A DNA stretch of 64,000 nt from Eledone cirrhosa (Eukaryota): NCBI GenBank assembly GCA_964016885.1, contig OZ024740.1:380308001-380372000 (forward strand), written 5' to 3'. Every line of letters begins with the position of its first letter. Position 1 is the first letter of the stretch. The position numbers were made by a program, and so were the translations under genes. The notes below the pieces were generated by a model. That model worked only from the letters and a program-made list of their open reading frames with translations. It was not told where the DNA came from and did no database searches. Of the stretch, positions 35,764-50,500 are shown in pieces.

Positions 35764-38700
35764 TGTTGTTGGTTTTGTTGCTGATTTTGATTTTTGTTGT
35801 TGTTAATGCTGTGATTTTTGTTGAAACTTTGCAATTTTTAGCTCAAAACAGAAATATGTTATCGATGAATATTATTTACAATCTGTCATCAAATATGGTA
35901 AACTAAATCTTGATATGCGACAACATCAGATTGTTTAGTTTCTCTTGGATAATTACCAAATACTGAATTATTTTTGGTTTATCACATGTCAGATAAAGCA
36001 TTTGGCGTAATGGTTTAGAGTGTTCAGTTTACGATCACAAAACCGTGAATCCGGTGGCGCGTTGTGTGCCTTAGAAAATTATCTTATTCCATGTTGTCGT
36101 AGTCCACTCTGCTGGCAAAAAAGGGTTGTATCTGTAATTAAAAAAGCCAACCTAATCACACACTGAATGTCCTTGAGAAATGTTTTGTGGTTAAACATGT
36201 CTAAAAAATGCTCACCCACTTACATGTTAATCTCACAAGCAGGCTATTCAGTTAACAGCAAAAATACAGTTAACAAGAAAAATACTTGTTAACAGAACCG
36301 ACACAGGGTCCAACATTATCATTAGAAGGGTGTTGGATGTTAGACGCAGTAGAGCACCAAATATAATACTTCGCAATAATTAGTCATGTTTCTTTATTAT
36401 CTAAATTTTTATCCTGCAGTAATAACTGTGGTATTTCCTCATTTCGAGGTCGATAAACTAAAATGAAATAAGTCCCAGTTCAATGTTATACAGCAATCAC
36501 ATGACGCAATCGAGTATGACCTGGTAGTATAAACTACGCCTACACTAAGAGTTTAAAGTTTTAGATACCCATGGAGACGCAATCAACCCCTTACTCTCCC
36601 TTGGTCTAGCCGAACATCAAGGGTTTGACTACATACAGGAGAGAGTGATGGCTACATTATCACCAGGCTGGTACTTTCGTTATAGATCATGAAGTGATGG
36701 AAGGCAAAATGGAATACAGTGGAATTTGAACTCAGAACGAAGACATATACGTGATATCTTTTGAATACTAGTTTGCATTGATTTTAAGAATTTTACTAAA
36801 ACAAATCTAATAAGAGGTATTTTGTTTATATATGTGTGGGGACCACGAGTGGAAGATTAAGTCAGCTAAATTAATTCATATTAAGGAATTCATTTGCTTC
36901 TATATGAAAATACATATTTAATCTCAAACTAAAGTTATTATAGGGTATACCTCAGAAAGATAACGTGAGATACAATGTCTGTATATATTCGGTTCGTCAG
37001 AAATACGTTTGCTCTATTACTCAAATTATAGAGCATATTTGCAAGATATCAGAGCTGTCAACTTTCCCAGTCCGACGGGGAGATCTCCCACTTACTTTGG
37101 GGTGGGTGAGAGATGTCTTCTCTTCTGAAAATGTGTATAGCTTTTATTATGTAAACTCTCCCCATTTTGCCTCATTTCTTCCCGTTTTGGAGCACTTTTT
37201 CCTATGTATCTTCACAAAATTCCGTTTAAAAATATGTAAATACAAATAGCGTACATTCTAGTTCATCTTTCACTAAAAAGAAATAAGATTTTAAATGTTT
37301 ATTATATATGTGCTGATATTTGAAATTAATCATTTTGTAGTGTAGATTTGGCAGAGTTGTTCGAAAGTGAAACATTGTAATCATGAAAATATATGTTTAG
37401 CTTTATATTAAATCATTGTGCGGTTATGAGTCGCAAACTATTTCAAAATCCACGACATTTAATGTTTACAACTATATGTTTTTGAGGGGTTTGGTTTTTT
37501 ATTTTTATTTTTATTTACTACTACATTGACTATTTAGTTTGTAACCACTTTCACTCGGCGTTCTAATTCAGTGATTTTCAGATAAAATAGGTTTCCTGAA
37601 ACGTGAGTAAAATCTATTATATTAAAGGGTTAACAATAGTTACGTGTGAAATGCATATTGTTTGTCATGGAAAGGGGGTGGTAATAGTGATTGTGCGATA
37701 AAGCAAGAGAAAGGGAGTTGTGGTAGGGCGGGGTGGCTTTGACGGCAGCAAACGCCGGAATTGTTTTATTTTTAAATCTCACATCTTTATGGTAAGTGTG
37801 TGGGGTGAAAGGGAAAGATTTAGAGAGTGGAAGTGGTAAAAATGATGTCGAAATCTATTTTTAAAACTATGCTGTTCAAAAAATATCCTTTGAAAGTTTC
37901 AGTAATTTGTTAATATATTATTTATATCTATATCTAACACTTAAATGCCTTGTTGATCTGTAATACTTGGTGGTTGTTTCTATTTAAACCATGGAATTTC
38001 CTCGGTGTCAGATATTAAACTTTGAAGGATTGAAAGTTCTCAATCAATAAATGTGATGAACCTAATGACCATGTTTTGTTTCCTTGTGTCACAGTTAGTT
38101 GACTTGCTCTTTTAATGTCCTTAAAAAAGGTATAAATATTACAGCATTCATTCTCCCATCTATGAAGTCGATAGATATGAAGCCCGTTGGTAAATACCTA
38201 TGATTATGAAAGAGCAAACAGTTGGTATGTGGAGTATATACGTAGTTTTTCTTTTAACACACGTATAAGAAGTCATATTTGAATAGAAACATTTACTTGC
38301 CAGTGACTTGATTGAGCCTATGTCTCTCTGAGCAATGCCATGGATAAAAACTTATATTCGAGTACTAAACCATTTATTGTCCATCACTCAAGCTGTCACA
38401 AAAATCGGAAATAGATGAGACGGAAATATTTATACATTTACTGAAATGTTGGCAAAAACAAAGGCATGAACTTTTTAAAAATATCTGTCAAAATGTCAGT
38501 TATGTATTTAACAAATATTTGTAGATGCCTGCCGTAGTTTTAAATATATTTTCCATTTATTTCGATCTGGTATTAAATGCCAATAATTTCTTTGTTGTTT
38601 CCTCTCTAAATATATTTCTTCCGTCCTCCTTTCCATTTCTCTCATTTCTCCCTCTCGCTCTATAACTTTCTATCTATCGATGTATTTTATATGTATTTTA

Positions 38701-39451
38701 CTTGGATTTCGATTGTCAGATTTTCTACACCTCTCTTTGTCTTTGGCTTCTTTTCCCGTTCTCTCTTGCTCCTATCTCTATTTCCTTTTTATCTTTTTAT
38801 CCGTATGTCAGTTGTCTAGTTGTATGTTCCCAGCAAAATAGTAACTTCACTATTGCTTTTGTTTTCATTTTCTTTCTTTTTACGAATAGTTTCTCTGTTA
38901 TTCTGCAAACAATTCTTAATTTTCCACGCCAATTACTCTACATTCTTGTACATTTAGTGATTTTTCTCATTATGACTTCGACAAGTATGTTGAAGTCTAT
39001 ACCTCGCTTAATTGAACATCATAATACCAAAACATGTCTGAAGTTTTATTCCATACTTAACAAAATAACTAAAGTAATATTATTTTTCATAACCATATAA
39101 CTATTTGTAGTTACCTCCTGCATGTTATATGTTAATCTAAATTTAATCCAGAATAGTTTGAGTGAATTTAAAAAGGTTTCAAGAACAAAAAATAATTATA
39201 TAACAAATACAAAACAAGAGCAACACGAAATTAATATCACTTTGAGTTCTTCTGTAATTTTCTTTTCCTTACTCCGTAAAATAAATTACTTTGCACTACT
39301 GTTTTATGTTCTCGAAATATTTGTTATGACCAAAGCAAAACTTAAAGATGTTTTATATTTTTAAAAAGTGAACACTTTATATGATTCACGTGTATAATAT
39401 GTTTTTCGTGTTCATCTGACATCGTAAATGCTAATTATTATCTATCATAGT

Positions 39452-39614
39452 GGATTGGTAGAGGGCCGGATGCCATGCTTTGCAGCATAGAGTTACTGCC
39501 TGTTACGGTCTGAGTTCAAATCCTGCCAAGGTTAACTTTGCTTTTCATCTTTACAGGGTTGATAAAATAAAGCATTGGGGTAATTGCTGGCCTTGTGCCA
39601 AAAGTAGAAACAAT
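39452..39614 (+). mobile_element. SINE family A
   Basis: Box B, core and 3' end present. Confidence 0.8.
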
Positions 39615-41287
39615 TTTTATCTAACATAGTTTTCATAGCTACTACAATATTTATCATGTTGATGATGATGATTATCACAGACTTGCAAACCTCTAAAAAC
39701 CAAAACGGGGAGTACCATGAAAAACGTGCCCCAAAGCGGGAAAAATGGGAAGATTTTACACAATGAAAGCTCTACCCATTTTCACAACAGAAGATATCTC
39801 TCACCCACCCAAAGTGGGAGATCTCCCCGTCTGACAGGTCTATCATCATCATCATTACCTTCAACATCATCATCATCATTACCATCAACATCAGCAGCGT
39901 TGTTGTCACCGTTGTGAGATAGTCAAGGTGCAGAAGCATTATTGGTCATGTACCCAAAATCTGGCGGGTTAGAATTGACTTTACTATTTCATTTCATTAA
40001 GTTAACAAAGTAGTAATTAACAGTAGTCTGCTTGCAGTTCTTCGACTCCACTGTAGCCGCCTCCTCTATGAATTCATGACCTTGGACCCTATTGTCTGTG
40101 TAAGAAATCTTTTATTTATATATATATATATATATATATAAAATCTTTTATATATATAAATATATATATATATATATGTGTGTGTGTGTATATATATATT
40201 CACTTTTAATCTGAAGACAGCTAATGTAATGCGAATTGATCAAATTATATTGATATCTACTGAATGCTAAAACGATATCATCAACTCAGTCAAATTGCTT
40301 TCTGCTGCCATAGCAACATATTTGGAATTTCCAAATTAAGAAACGCTAAGTACCTCTTGATAAACATTGATGGCGTTTGTTAGAAACTGTAAATTCCTGC
40401 CTGTCCCACCATTTTATTGCAAATTCTTTAGTTTTTCCCGAGAGCTTTGAACTTAGGGAATAACGGGAAATAACGGTCTGCTTTAGTTTCATTCTGTCTA
40501 GTCGGTTAAAATAATAATTTAATGATAAAGTGATTGCGAGCATATATATATATATAGGGGGGGGGGGGGATTTTGCGTATACAAAATCTGCTGTGTAGGA
40601 TTATAAAGAGAAACGGAGAGAGATTAGCCGGAAAGTAACTAGTGACAAAAACGAGAGGAGCATGATAAGAGACAAAATAAAAAAAACACCATTTCAAAAT
40701 CACGTGTAAATAGAAAAGAAATTAGGAGGAAGAGGAGATATTGGAGAAAGAAGTTATACGAGTAAGTCCGATTGTAAAATCATGGACATTTGAAGGCAGG
40801 GGGAACGGAGTGGATTGAGAGAAAGACTCAGAGAGAGAGAGAGAATGGATAGATAGAACGAAATAAAGAAAGAAAGAAAGAGACCTCATACAAAAAAGCA
40901 AGAAGAATATATTAATGAAAGATAAAGATGAAATTTGGAAGTATAAGTGTCTATGTTTCTGTTTATAATAAGTAACCTTTGCTAATAACATTACTAATTG
41001 ATAAAGTATCGGATAATAAGCAGTTCATTGTTTTCCAAAATATTTTTCTAGCTTCAACAATGTCGCGTTTTATTCGCAATTCTCTCTGTGTTCTCTTTCT
41101 TTTTAATACCAACATTTGTCTACAGGTATTTAGTATAAACTCGCTATCTTGAAGTATGTCTCTTGTTACATAAATATAGCTAAATATAGGCAAACATAGA
41201 AGGGAAAGTATATATATGTGTATATATATATAAGTATATATAAATTCGTAGAGCAAATATCTATAATAGTAATAATATATATTATTA

Positions 41288-41483
41288 TTGGCAGTATCGG
41301 TAGAGGGTCGGACATGCTTTCCAGCGTAGTTACGTCCCTTTACGATCTAAGTTCAAATCCCGCCGAGGTTAACTTTGCCTTTCATCCTTACGGGGTCGAT
41401 AAAATAAAGTACCAGTAATGCACTGGGTAATTGCTGGCCTTGTGCCAAAAGTAGAAACAATTATTATTATTATTATTATTATT
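41288..41483 (+). mobile_element. SINE family A with (ATT)n tail, immediately upstream of the Tx1 LINE
   Basis: Full set of motifs; tail 41460-41483. Confidence 0.9.
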
Positions 41484-41699
41484 GAATGCTATGGTTGACG
41501 GAGGCTCGGCTCTGTAAGGTATTGTAAATTTTGACCGCTATAACAATTGTAAATTGTTTAAAACTTTAACCAACTTGTAGACAAAAACACCCTCCTCCTC
41601 GTGAGAGGGGTCTTTCTGCCCGTTATTTAGCCCTTCGGGGTTAAATAACCGCTTATTGGGGTTTTGTGCCCAATATTTATTTTAAACAAAAAAAAAAAC

Positions 41700-43672
41700 A
41701 TGGCTACGAAAAAGAATTTTCATAGGTCACTCCCACTCATTCCGTCTTATTCTGCCTCAATCGTCACTACAGCAGAGAGAAGATTGTCTCTCTCCCTCCC
41801 TTCTCTAAATGTGTCTCTCTCCCTCCCTTCTCTTTCGCAAGCGACGCCAGAAAAGAAAAATCACGTGCAAAGCGTGCAAGATTTCTCCACGACGACGACG
41901 ACAACGATGAAAAAGGTGTGCGGGAAATACGAAAACCCATTTCATTCGTCTGACGTCAGGAATAATAACAGTAGCAGCCGTAATAACAGCAGCAGCAGCA
42001 GAAGTGACAAGGAAAACAACAGTAGCAGCCGCAGCAGCAGCAGCATAAACAACAATAGCATTAGCAGCAACAACAACGGCAGCAACAACAACAACAACAA
42101 CGACAGCAACAGCGGCGGCGGCAGTAGTCGTAGTACCTGCAGCAACAACAAAAGTAACAGCAGATCTGACGACAACAACAACAGCAGCAAAGAAAAACCA
42201 ATCTCGTTTGCAGGTATCGCAAAGAACCTGGAAACCATCTTCATAACAAATGAGGAATTAGAGGAAACGAAGAAGATGGTGACAAAAACACGACACCGAG
42301 CAATCTGCAAGGCAGCCGAAAAATTTTTCGAAACCCAACAGCACTGTACGGTCACGTACCGTACAGTAAGCACAAAATCCCGTAGGGTTGAAAGAGCCAC
42401 AGAGGCTCAAATACAAAAAGCCTTAGGGTCTGTGTGGCAGCGGAAAACGCACATCACCCGAGGCAAGAAATATGCCACCGTAGACGTGCTTTTTGCCACA
42501 CCCCAGGAGGAAAAGGCTCAATCTTTAGTGACCCTAAGAAGCGAGGAAATGGTGTTGGTGCCCTCCTACTGCGGGCAAAACATTGTGAGGGTCAAACTGA
42601 CCCACGTCCCCCCCCCCCCCCCCCCGGGATGGCCCCTTCTTTGCTGGCCGCGTCTGTCCTCGTCGGAATCGAGGACAAAACAACTGTACTGCAAGTACAG
42701 AAAAAAGTAAGAGAAGATTGGGTCGGCACCTCCATTGAGATGTTAATCCAAACTAACCAGGAGTGCATCGAAGCTATCCCGGATGTGATAGACTTCGATA
42801 ACGGCACTCAACTGCCCATAAGTGTTGAGGGCAAACGCCCGAAATGCTTTCGCTGTTGATCGAAGACTCACCTCAGGGCCTTCTGCAACGAGAAAACCCT
42901 GAGAAAGGAGAAAACCCCCCTCCTTCCGAAACCGGCTCCACGGCTACCAGCAACAAGACAAGCGGCAACCAGGAACGATAGGTCCGTGGCACCCATACCC
43001 ACGCCACGGAAATCAAAAACAGCAGCAGCAGTGGAAGCATTAACAACAACAACAGCAATACCAAATGCAGCTGCAACAGACTCCAGTGCAAACATCACCA
43101 ACAACAACAAGTGAAAGAGTGGAGCTGGTACCCCTCCCCGACCTCACAGAATCAGAATGGAGTGTGAGGTGGGAGAGGGATGGCAAATGGTCGTAAGAAG
43201 GCACAAACGCAGAAGCAGCGCATCGTTGCCTTCGAAAAGGGAGGAAAGAAATGAAAAAAGGGTAAAGGCTACTGCAAAGAGACTCACAGCAGCAACACCA
43301 CCAACACCATCACCACCCACACTAGCACCACCATCACCACCGGCGACAACCCCACCGCCAACAACAACAACACCTTCAACACCACCACCACAAGCACCAA
43401 CATCGCAAACACAACAACAAAACACACACACCCAGCAACAACGACAAGAAAATAGCAGAACCACACCCCACCCCCAGAAAAACAAATGCACGGCAATAAA
43501 TACACACAACAAGAAACTAATGACTTACATAATTGAACACACAGACATTTCACAACACGACTACATAATACCAGCACCAATCAAAACGCCAACTAACATA
43601 AGACTGGTAAAAATAGCACAGAAACAATACACAAACATTAAAACGAAATTCCCCAACGCACACTTTCTCTAG
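41700..43672 (+). pseudogene. LINE ORF1 (gag-like), disrupted
   Basis: Frameshift at the poly-C run (about 42608-42625); VEGKRPKCFRC*SKTHLRAFC CCHC knuckle with a stop; GWQMVVRR motif; S/N and P/T low-complexity tracts. Confidence 0.75.
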
Positions 43673-43853
43673 GAGGGACTCTCAACCGAAGAGTATATTC
43701 GGACATACTCATAGAAGAGCCGACGACCAGCCGAAGGGACGATTCGACGGTCCCTTCACCAGACGATCAAGTGAAAAGGGATGGAAAAACCATCCTTCCT
43801 CTACGAAAAGTACGGTAAGTGGTCTTTCCCATCTTTTCCACTCTATTTTAAAC

Positions 43854-46800
43854 ATGACCTCACTCAGAATAGACAGCATAAATGCGCGTGGCTTGGGGTC
43901 GTCATGGAAGCAGGGTCACCTGCTCAACGACCTCAGGTCACTAAACATAGATGTAGTGGCCATCAGCGAGACCAGAATCTCCGAAGCACGGGCCTTCGCA
44001 CCGATCTTCGGCGGCTACGATGTGTACGCATCTCCCAGCCGTCCTGGATCGGGGGGAGGAGTTGCTGTGCTTTTTCGGAGAGGTTTGGATCTAGCCATAC
44101 GTGCCATCTTCCTGGACCCAGAGGGTAAGTTGGTGGTGCTGGATGCGACCAGCGGAGACGGGCAAGCTTTCAGGCTAGTGGCCGTCTATGCCCCGACAGG
44201 AGCAGGGCGGCCTGATTTCTTCCGGCGTCTGGAGACCTTTCTTGGAACGTCCCGCTCTTTAGTGCGAGTGGGCGACTGGAACGGGATCTTAGATGCACGC
44301 TGGGACTGTGTGGGATTAGCGGATAGGGGTGGAGGGTGCAAGAGCCTCACCAACCTGCTCAGGCGTTTTGAACTGTCTGACAGGTACCGAATGTGCCAAT
44401 GTGGACTTGGACAAATCGCATAGGGACATCCAGATCATATCTAGATAGAGTATTTTGTAGGGAAATAGATAGGTCTAGCATAGGCTGTCCACAATTCAAT
44501 ATAGTCAGCTACACGGACCACAAATTCGTGATCTGTGTGCTTGACTTAGATAGGCTTCATAGACGAGGACCCGGCTACTGGAAGCTAAACGCGTCCTTAC
44601 CAGCGCGCAAAGCCTACAGAGACCGGATTAGCGAACTAGTTAAGCAGGCGTTGACGGGGACCATCGTCAACAACAAGTGGTGGTTTGCTCTGATAAGAGC
44701 GATTAGAATAGAATCGATTAGGTTTAGTAAGGCTTTAGCAATAGAGAAAAATAGAGCAGAGGGAGAACTAGTTAGAAAATTAGACGAGGCGCTTAGCAAA
44801 GGCATTGCGACCGACGTGCTTGCGGCGAAATTGGCCCTTGACCAATTCTTCAATGCAAAGCACGAAGGCTGCGTTGTCAGAGCTAGGGTGCGTGCTCTCA
44901 GACACGAGGGGACGAAAGCCGTTCAATGGGCCCGAGTGGCGGAGGCGCGTCGTGGCAACAAAGCCACGATCCGGTCTTTGGTGGACCACGACGGGCGCAT
45001 ACTACTCGATCCCGGGCAAATGTGTGAAGCTTTTCAGCGACACTTCGCTCAGCTGTTCGGGGAAAGCGGTGGGCCGGGTCGGGGGATGGACTTTAGTGTC
45101 TACCTCGACGGACTGCCGCGGCTCTCGGCCACTGAGGCGGAGTGTTGCGAAAAGCCGATAACAGCCGCTGAAGTAAGGGAGGCAATGACTGGCTGCACAA
45201 GGGGTAAATCGCCTGGTTTGGATGGTCTGCCCTAAGAACTTTACGTACAGATACCAGACTTGTTCGGAGGCCTCTTGGCGGACGTCTACTGCAACTGGCA
45301 ACAGAACGGGAGAATTCCCAGTTCTGTGAGCCGAGGAGCGGTGGCACTGCTGAGAAAGGATCCGAACAAGGGGGATAACATAGATAATTTCAGGCCCATA
45401 ACTCTGCTAAACACAGAGTTCAAGATTTTGGCCAAGGTGCTAGCAAAGAGGTCGGCGCTTGTCGTTGGTGGCCTGGTGGGAGAGGCGCAGACATGCACCA
45501 TTCTCGACAACCTCCACCTCCACGACAACCTGCACCTCATGCGATACATCGTAGAGAGGGTAGCTAGGGAACCTGGCACGGGTGGGTCCTTGATCAATTT
45601 AGATCAGTCGAAAGCTTTCGATAGGGTCGACCATCGTTACCTATCGGCAGTCCTGAGGGCGACTGGCTTTGGGCCCGTCTTCAGAGGCTGGATCGCTGCC
45701 ATGCACAGCGACATCTGCTCTGTGGTGAGAGTGAAGGGTCACCTTTCGGAACCGTTCAATATCATGCGCTCGGTCCGCCAAGGATGTCCCCTCTCGTCCC
45801 TCTTGTACGTATTGACTCTCGAGCCATTACTGCACAAACTGGAGACGTTGAGGGGTGTCCTGCGCGAACTAGGATGCGGAAGATCCGTGTCAGCATATGC
45901 GGACGATGTCACCGTAGTGGTGTCGAACGCCAAACGCATCGAGGCGATCGGCACTACACTAAGAGAATACGAAGCGGTGACAGGAGCAATGATCAACCAG
46001 GAAAAGTCAGTGGGCCTACAGCTCGGCACCTGGAGAGGCAGGTCCATGCCGTCCAACAGCGTCGTTGGACGCTGGACAGACGGACCGGTTAAATTGCTAG
46101 GGGTCTGGTTCGGTCCGGACCTCCAGACGGACAAAAACTGGGACGAGGTGACGAGCAGGGTGGCTTCTCTCACCCAGAAATGGGCGGAGAGGAAGCTATC
46201 CCTGAAAGGTCGAGCGGAGGTGGCTAACGTGTACATCGCGTCTGTCATCTGCTACCGCCTGACCGTCGAACCTTGTCCTAAGCCCCGCCTGACTGCGCTG
46301 GAGCGTTTGCTCTTTCGCTTTTTGTGGAAGGGACGCGCTCCAATGGTCAGGCGGTCCAATTGCTGTCAACATCCGCTACGTGGAGGGCTGGGCATGCCGT
46401 GGCTGATGATGCGCAGACACGCGCTCAGGCTACGACATCTCCACCTCTTCCTCGACGGTGATCAGGTGTGGTCGCCGTTTGCTAGACACGTATTTCCCCA
46501 GCTCGTTTCCTTGACGGAACTGCAGTCCTGGGTCAAGCGAAGACCGAGAGGGAGCGCCTGGAGACTGGAATGTCTTCAGGCGCTCACAGCCCTCGACCAA
46601 TCGGGCAATGTGATCGGTGGAAACTCCACCTCGGCGTTCTATAGAGGATTAGTGGAGGGGAAGAGCGACGACGTACTTGGGGAAACTCTAGGCGTCGACG
46701 AAAATCAACTAGCCAATCTCTTCGGAAGAACTTTCGGGCCGGGACCTATGGACAATTTCCAGAAATCTCTGGCCTGGCAGTGCTACCGAGGAGCCTTGCC

Positions 46801-47266
46801 AGTTTGGGACAAACTCTACAGGCATGGATGTGCCGTCAGCCGGGCATGTCCGAGATGCGCCGCGCAGGGCGACGAAACCGTCCTGCACGCACTCGTCCAG
46901 TGTCCGAAAATTGCTGACTTGTGGGTTTATGTCGAACACCTTCTGTCGCGTGTAAGACGGATCCAGCTATCATCTGAGTCCATCGTGAGGATTGCCCCGC
47001 CCTCTTCCTTTAGCCGGGAAGGGCAGGCAGTTTTTATCTGTCTGGTGGCCATGGCGAAAGAGATAGTATGGTGGACACGTTTGAAAGGGCTGAAGACGAG
47101 CACTTACCTCTTCGGTGATGCCCTGATTGACTTTTTCAAATTTCATTTGAAAAGGAAAATCAGAGTAGAGAGGGAAGTGCTCTCTTCCCAGCATTTTGTT
47201 GAAAGATGGGTGAGAGAAGCAAGAATGGCCCGAGTGAATGGGCCTACTCTGAATACGTATCTGTAA
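43854..47266 (+). pseudogene. LINE ORF2: APE endonuclease + RT + C-terminal zinc finger; one frameshift (~44390) and one stop (45233)
   Basis: SINARGL, ISET, VYAP, GDWN, SYLDR, TDH, GYWKLN, KSPGLDGLP, FRPITLLN, DQSKAFDRV, VRQGCPLS, AYADD, CPRC...ETVLHALVQC. Confidence 0.95.
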
Positions 47267-47536
47267 ATTAAAGGTGGAAAACTGGGAGAGGGCACTTGCC
47301 TTGGTGGTCAGGGTCACTGTGGCCTTTTACTGGGCTTTCTCCACAAATGTCCCTCCGAAGTCTCCCCCCGCTTGGGGAATTTTTCTTTGTTAATTTTTTG
47401 TTACATCCTCTGTTTTTGTTTTTTACACGCAGAAATGCCCATTTGTACCGTCCTGTATTGTCCTGCACTGTCCTTAATGTCTACTTTATGTAAACCCTTG
47501 TGGTTAATAAAGAAATCATTATTATTATTATTGTTA

Positions 47537-47568
<32 letters not shown>

Positions 47569-50500
47569 CTTTGAGTCTCAGTCATTGATGTTATTTAACT
47601 GGAAAGTTTGTTGAAATGAATACCAAGCCGCTACCTGCAGCCTCAGATATTCAGGACGTATCGGAGGGTTCTTGCTGTTCCCAGCAAGCATGCCGTTTTA
47701 AGTGTTCCAAAAAGCGGGGCTGGACTAATTTTCTTGAACCATCCTTGGAAACTCTTTGAGATAGTACCTAGTGCGCCTATGACAATCGGGACAACTCTGA
47801 CTTCATGGCAGTTCCAAATCCTTTTTATCTTCCACATTAAGTCCTGGTATCGGTTAATTTTCTCCCTCTCCATTTCTTGCACTCTCGTGTCAAATGGGCA
47901 GGCCACATCTACAATCAGGCATGATCTTTTTTCCTTGTCCAAAACCACCAGGTCAGGTCTATTGTGTTCCAGTTTCTTGTCCGTCTGTATCCTAAAATCC
48001 CACAGCACCTTCACCTGATCGTTTTCTATCACCGACTCTGGTTTATGCTCATACCACTTCTCAGAATATGGTAAATTGTTTACTTTACATAGGTGCCAGT
48101 GGATCACCGTACCCATCACATCATGTCTCCAGCCTTTATAGTGAGTCTGGGCTAGGTGTTTACACTCGGATACAATGTGAGCCACAGTCTCGTCTCTCTC
48201 TCCACAGATCCTGCACAGTGGGCTAGCCTCCTCCTTGTAAATATGGTGTTTCACCCATTTCGTTCTGAGGGATTGCTCTTGCGCAGCCATTAGCATTCCT
48301 TCTGTAGCCTTTTTAAGGTCTCCTCTTTTCAACCAGTTCCATGACTGTGGATCTCTAAATTCAGTTTTCTCAAAGAAGGTACTATGAAGGGATTTTTCAT
48401 GAAGGTTGCTCTTCCTCCTTGCTGTTATTTCCTCCTTGGACATCTCCTGGTCTATTGTCCTCTCCTTCAGTACAATTCTGAGCATTGGCTCCCTACTGTC
48501 AATCACGTATTTGTGCAGGTTGTTTTTCTCCATCTGAACACAGTCCTCTATGCTGATAAGACCTCTTCCACCTTCAGATCTCTTTAAGTAGAGTCTATCG
48601 ACATCACTCCTCTTGTGGAACATGTTGTAGATAGTCAATAGCTACCTAGTCTTCCTATCCATTTCTTTTTGTTCAGCAACATTCCATTTCAGAATTCCCG
48701 CACTGTACCTAATAATAGACACAGCACGGGAATTCACTGCACTTATGACATTCCTACTATTTAGATGTGATTTTAATACGCTCCTTACTCTTCTAATGTA
48801 CTCAGATCTTATCAATTCCTTCATTTTTTTTGTTCTTGATGTCATCTGCCTCCAGAACACCTAAATATTTGTATCCTTCTTCAGTGTCAATTACCTTTAT
48901 CATCTCACCTGTTGGTACCTGGATTCCGTTGCTTCTGCTCAATTTACCCTTCTTCATCACTAGGACTCAACATTTATTAATACCAAATTGCATACATATA
49001 TCATTGCTGAAAATACGGACAGTGTCAACAAGTACATCCCACTCCTTCTCACTCTTCGCGAAGAGTTTAAGATCGTCCATGAAGAGGAGGTGGTTGATGG
49101 TAAGCTCTCCTTTTCCAACTTGTATCCTGCTCTCACTTTTCGCAGTATAATGGTCAGGGGTATCAGGGCAAGGACAAATATCTCCTTGGAAGATACCTCT
49201 CTTAATCTTCACGCCTCCCAAGGATTCTCTACCCGATGTTAACTCTGTTTCCCAGGACTTCATACTTTTGCTCAAAAACTGTCTGATGTTATCTGCCACC
49301 TTGAAGATCTCTAGGCTTTTGGTTATCCAAGAATGAGGTACATTGTCGAATGCCTTTTTGTAATCTATCCATCCCATGGCAAGACCAGTGTATCTCCTCT
49401 TGCAATTCCTCATTACCATCTTATCAATAAGTAACTGGTCTTTTGTACCACGGGACTTCTTTCGGCATCCTTTCTGTTCGTCCGGTAACAAGTTGTTCGT
49501 GTGGAGGTGATGGTAGGTTTCCTCAGACACAATGCTTGTTAACAGTTTCCACATTACGGATAGAGATGTGATAGGTCTATAGTTGGTAACATCATTACCC
49601 TTGATTCGGTCTTTCATTACCAGGACTGTGGTACCTTTTGTCAACCACTCTGGTACCTCACCCGACATCAAGCAGTCATTGCACATGGTTGTCAGTTTCT
49701 GGTGGAGTGATGTTATATTTTTAATCCAATACCCCTGCACACCATCTCGGCCTGGTGATTTCCAGTTGGTTAGTGTTTTGGCCTACCCTTTAAGAGTTTC
49801 AACTGTGATACTTAAATCAGTTTGTTGGTGTGCTTGTTCACTAATCTCCTTTTCTACTCTCTCAATCCACACTGCCTGATCATTATGTTCAACATCCTGC
49901 TCTCATATTCCTCTCCAGAATGTCTTAGTCTGTTCCGCCTCAGGGATCAAGTTGTTGCCTCTTTCTTTCCCTTCAAGCTGCACAAACAACATCTTCTGGC
50001 TGTTGTCAAACATGCGGTTCTGTCTATACTGACTGACTCTGCTCTCATATCGCCTAATCATTGCACTCTTTGCTACAATGCGTTGCTTCAATGCGTTGCT
50101 TCAGTGTCCCATTCAGAAGGGACTCAAGCTTTCCAATGTCATTTCTCATTTCCCTGATTTGACCATTCAGTCGTTTCTTCCACCAAGGTTCTGATCTTTC
50201 TTGTTTGTTGTTTCCTCTCGTGTTTATGCCATTTGCTGTTGCTTTGAGGATATTGTTGCATTGGTGAAGGTTCCTCGCCTCAAGGTATGGGATGACTTTG
50301 TTTACCTTAGTTGTTGTTTCTTTTAACTTTTTCCTGTCTACAAATCTTAGGTTCATAGGTTTCAAAATATCATTGTTCATTTCATCTACTACTAAGTTTA
50401 GGATATCAACCAAATCTAATCCTAGCCCATCACTATTCATTTCCTCAATGGCCGTATATTTGTTCCAGATGTTATTTATGTCAGCATTCAGATCATTATC

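Larger units (their letters stand above)
41484..47514 (+). mobile_element. Near full-length Tx1/L1-clade LINE
   Basis: 5' UTR, ORF1 with zinc knuckle, ORF2 APE-RT-zinc finger, 3' UTR ending aataaagaaa; (ATT)n on both sides. Confidence 0.92.

Noticed and set aside
40205-40248. CTGAAGA...GAATtgatca HHR-like motif next to TA
   Set aside because: Core and stem II too degenerate.
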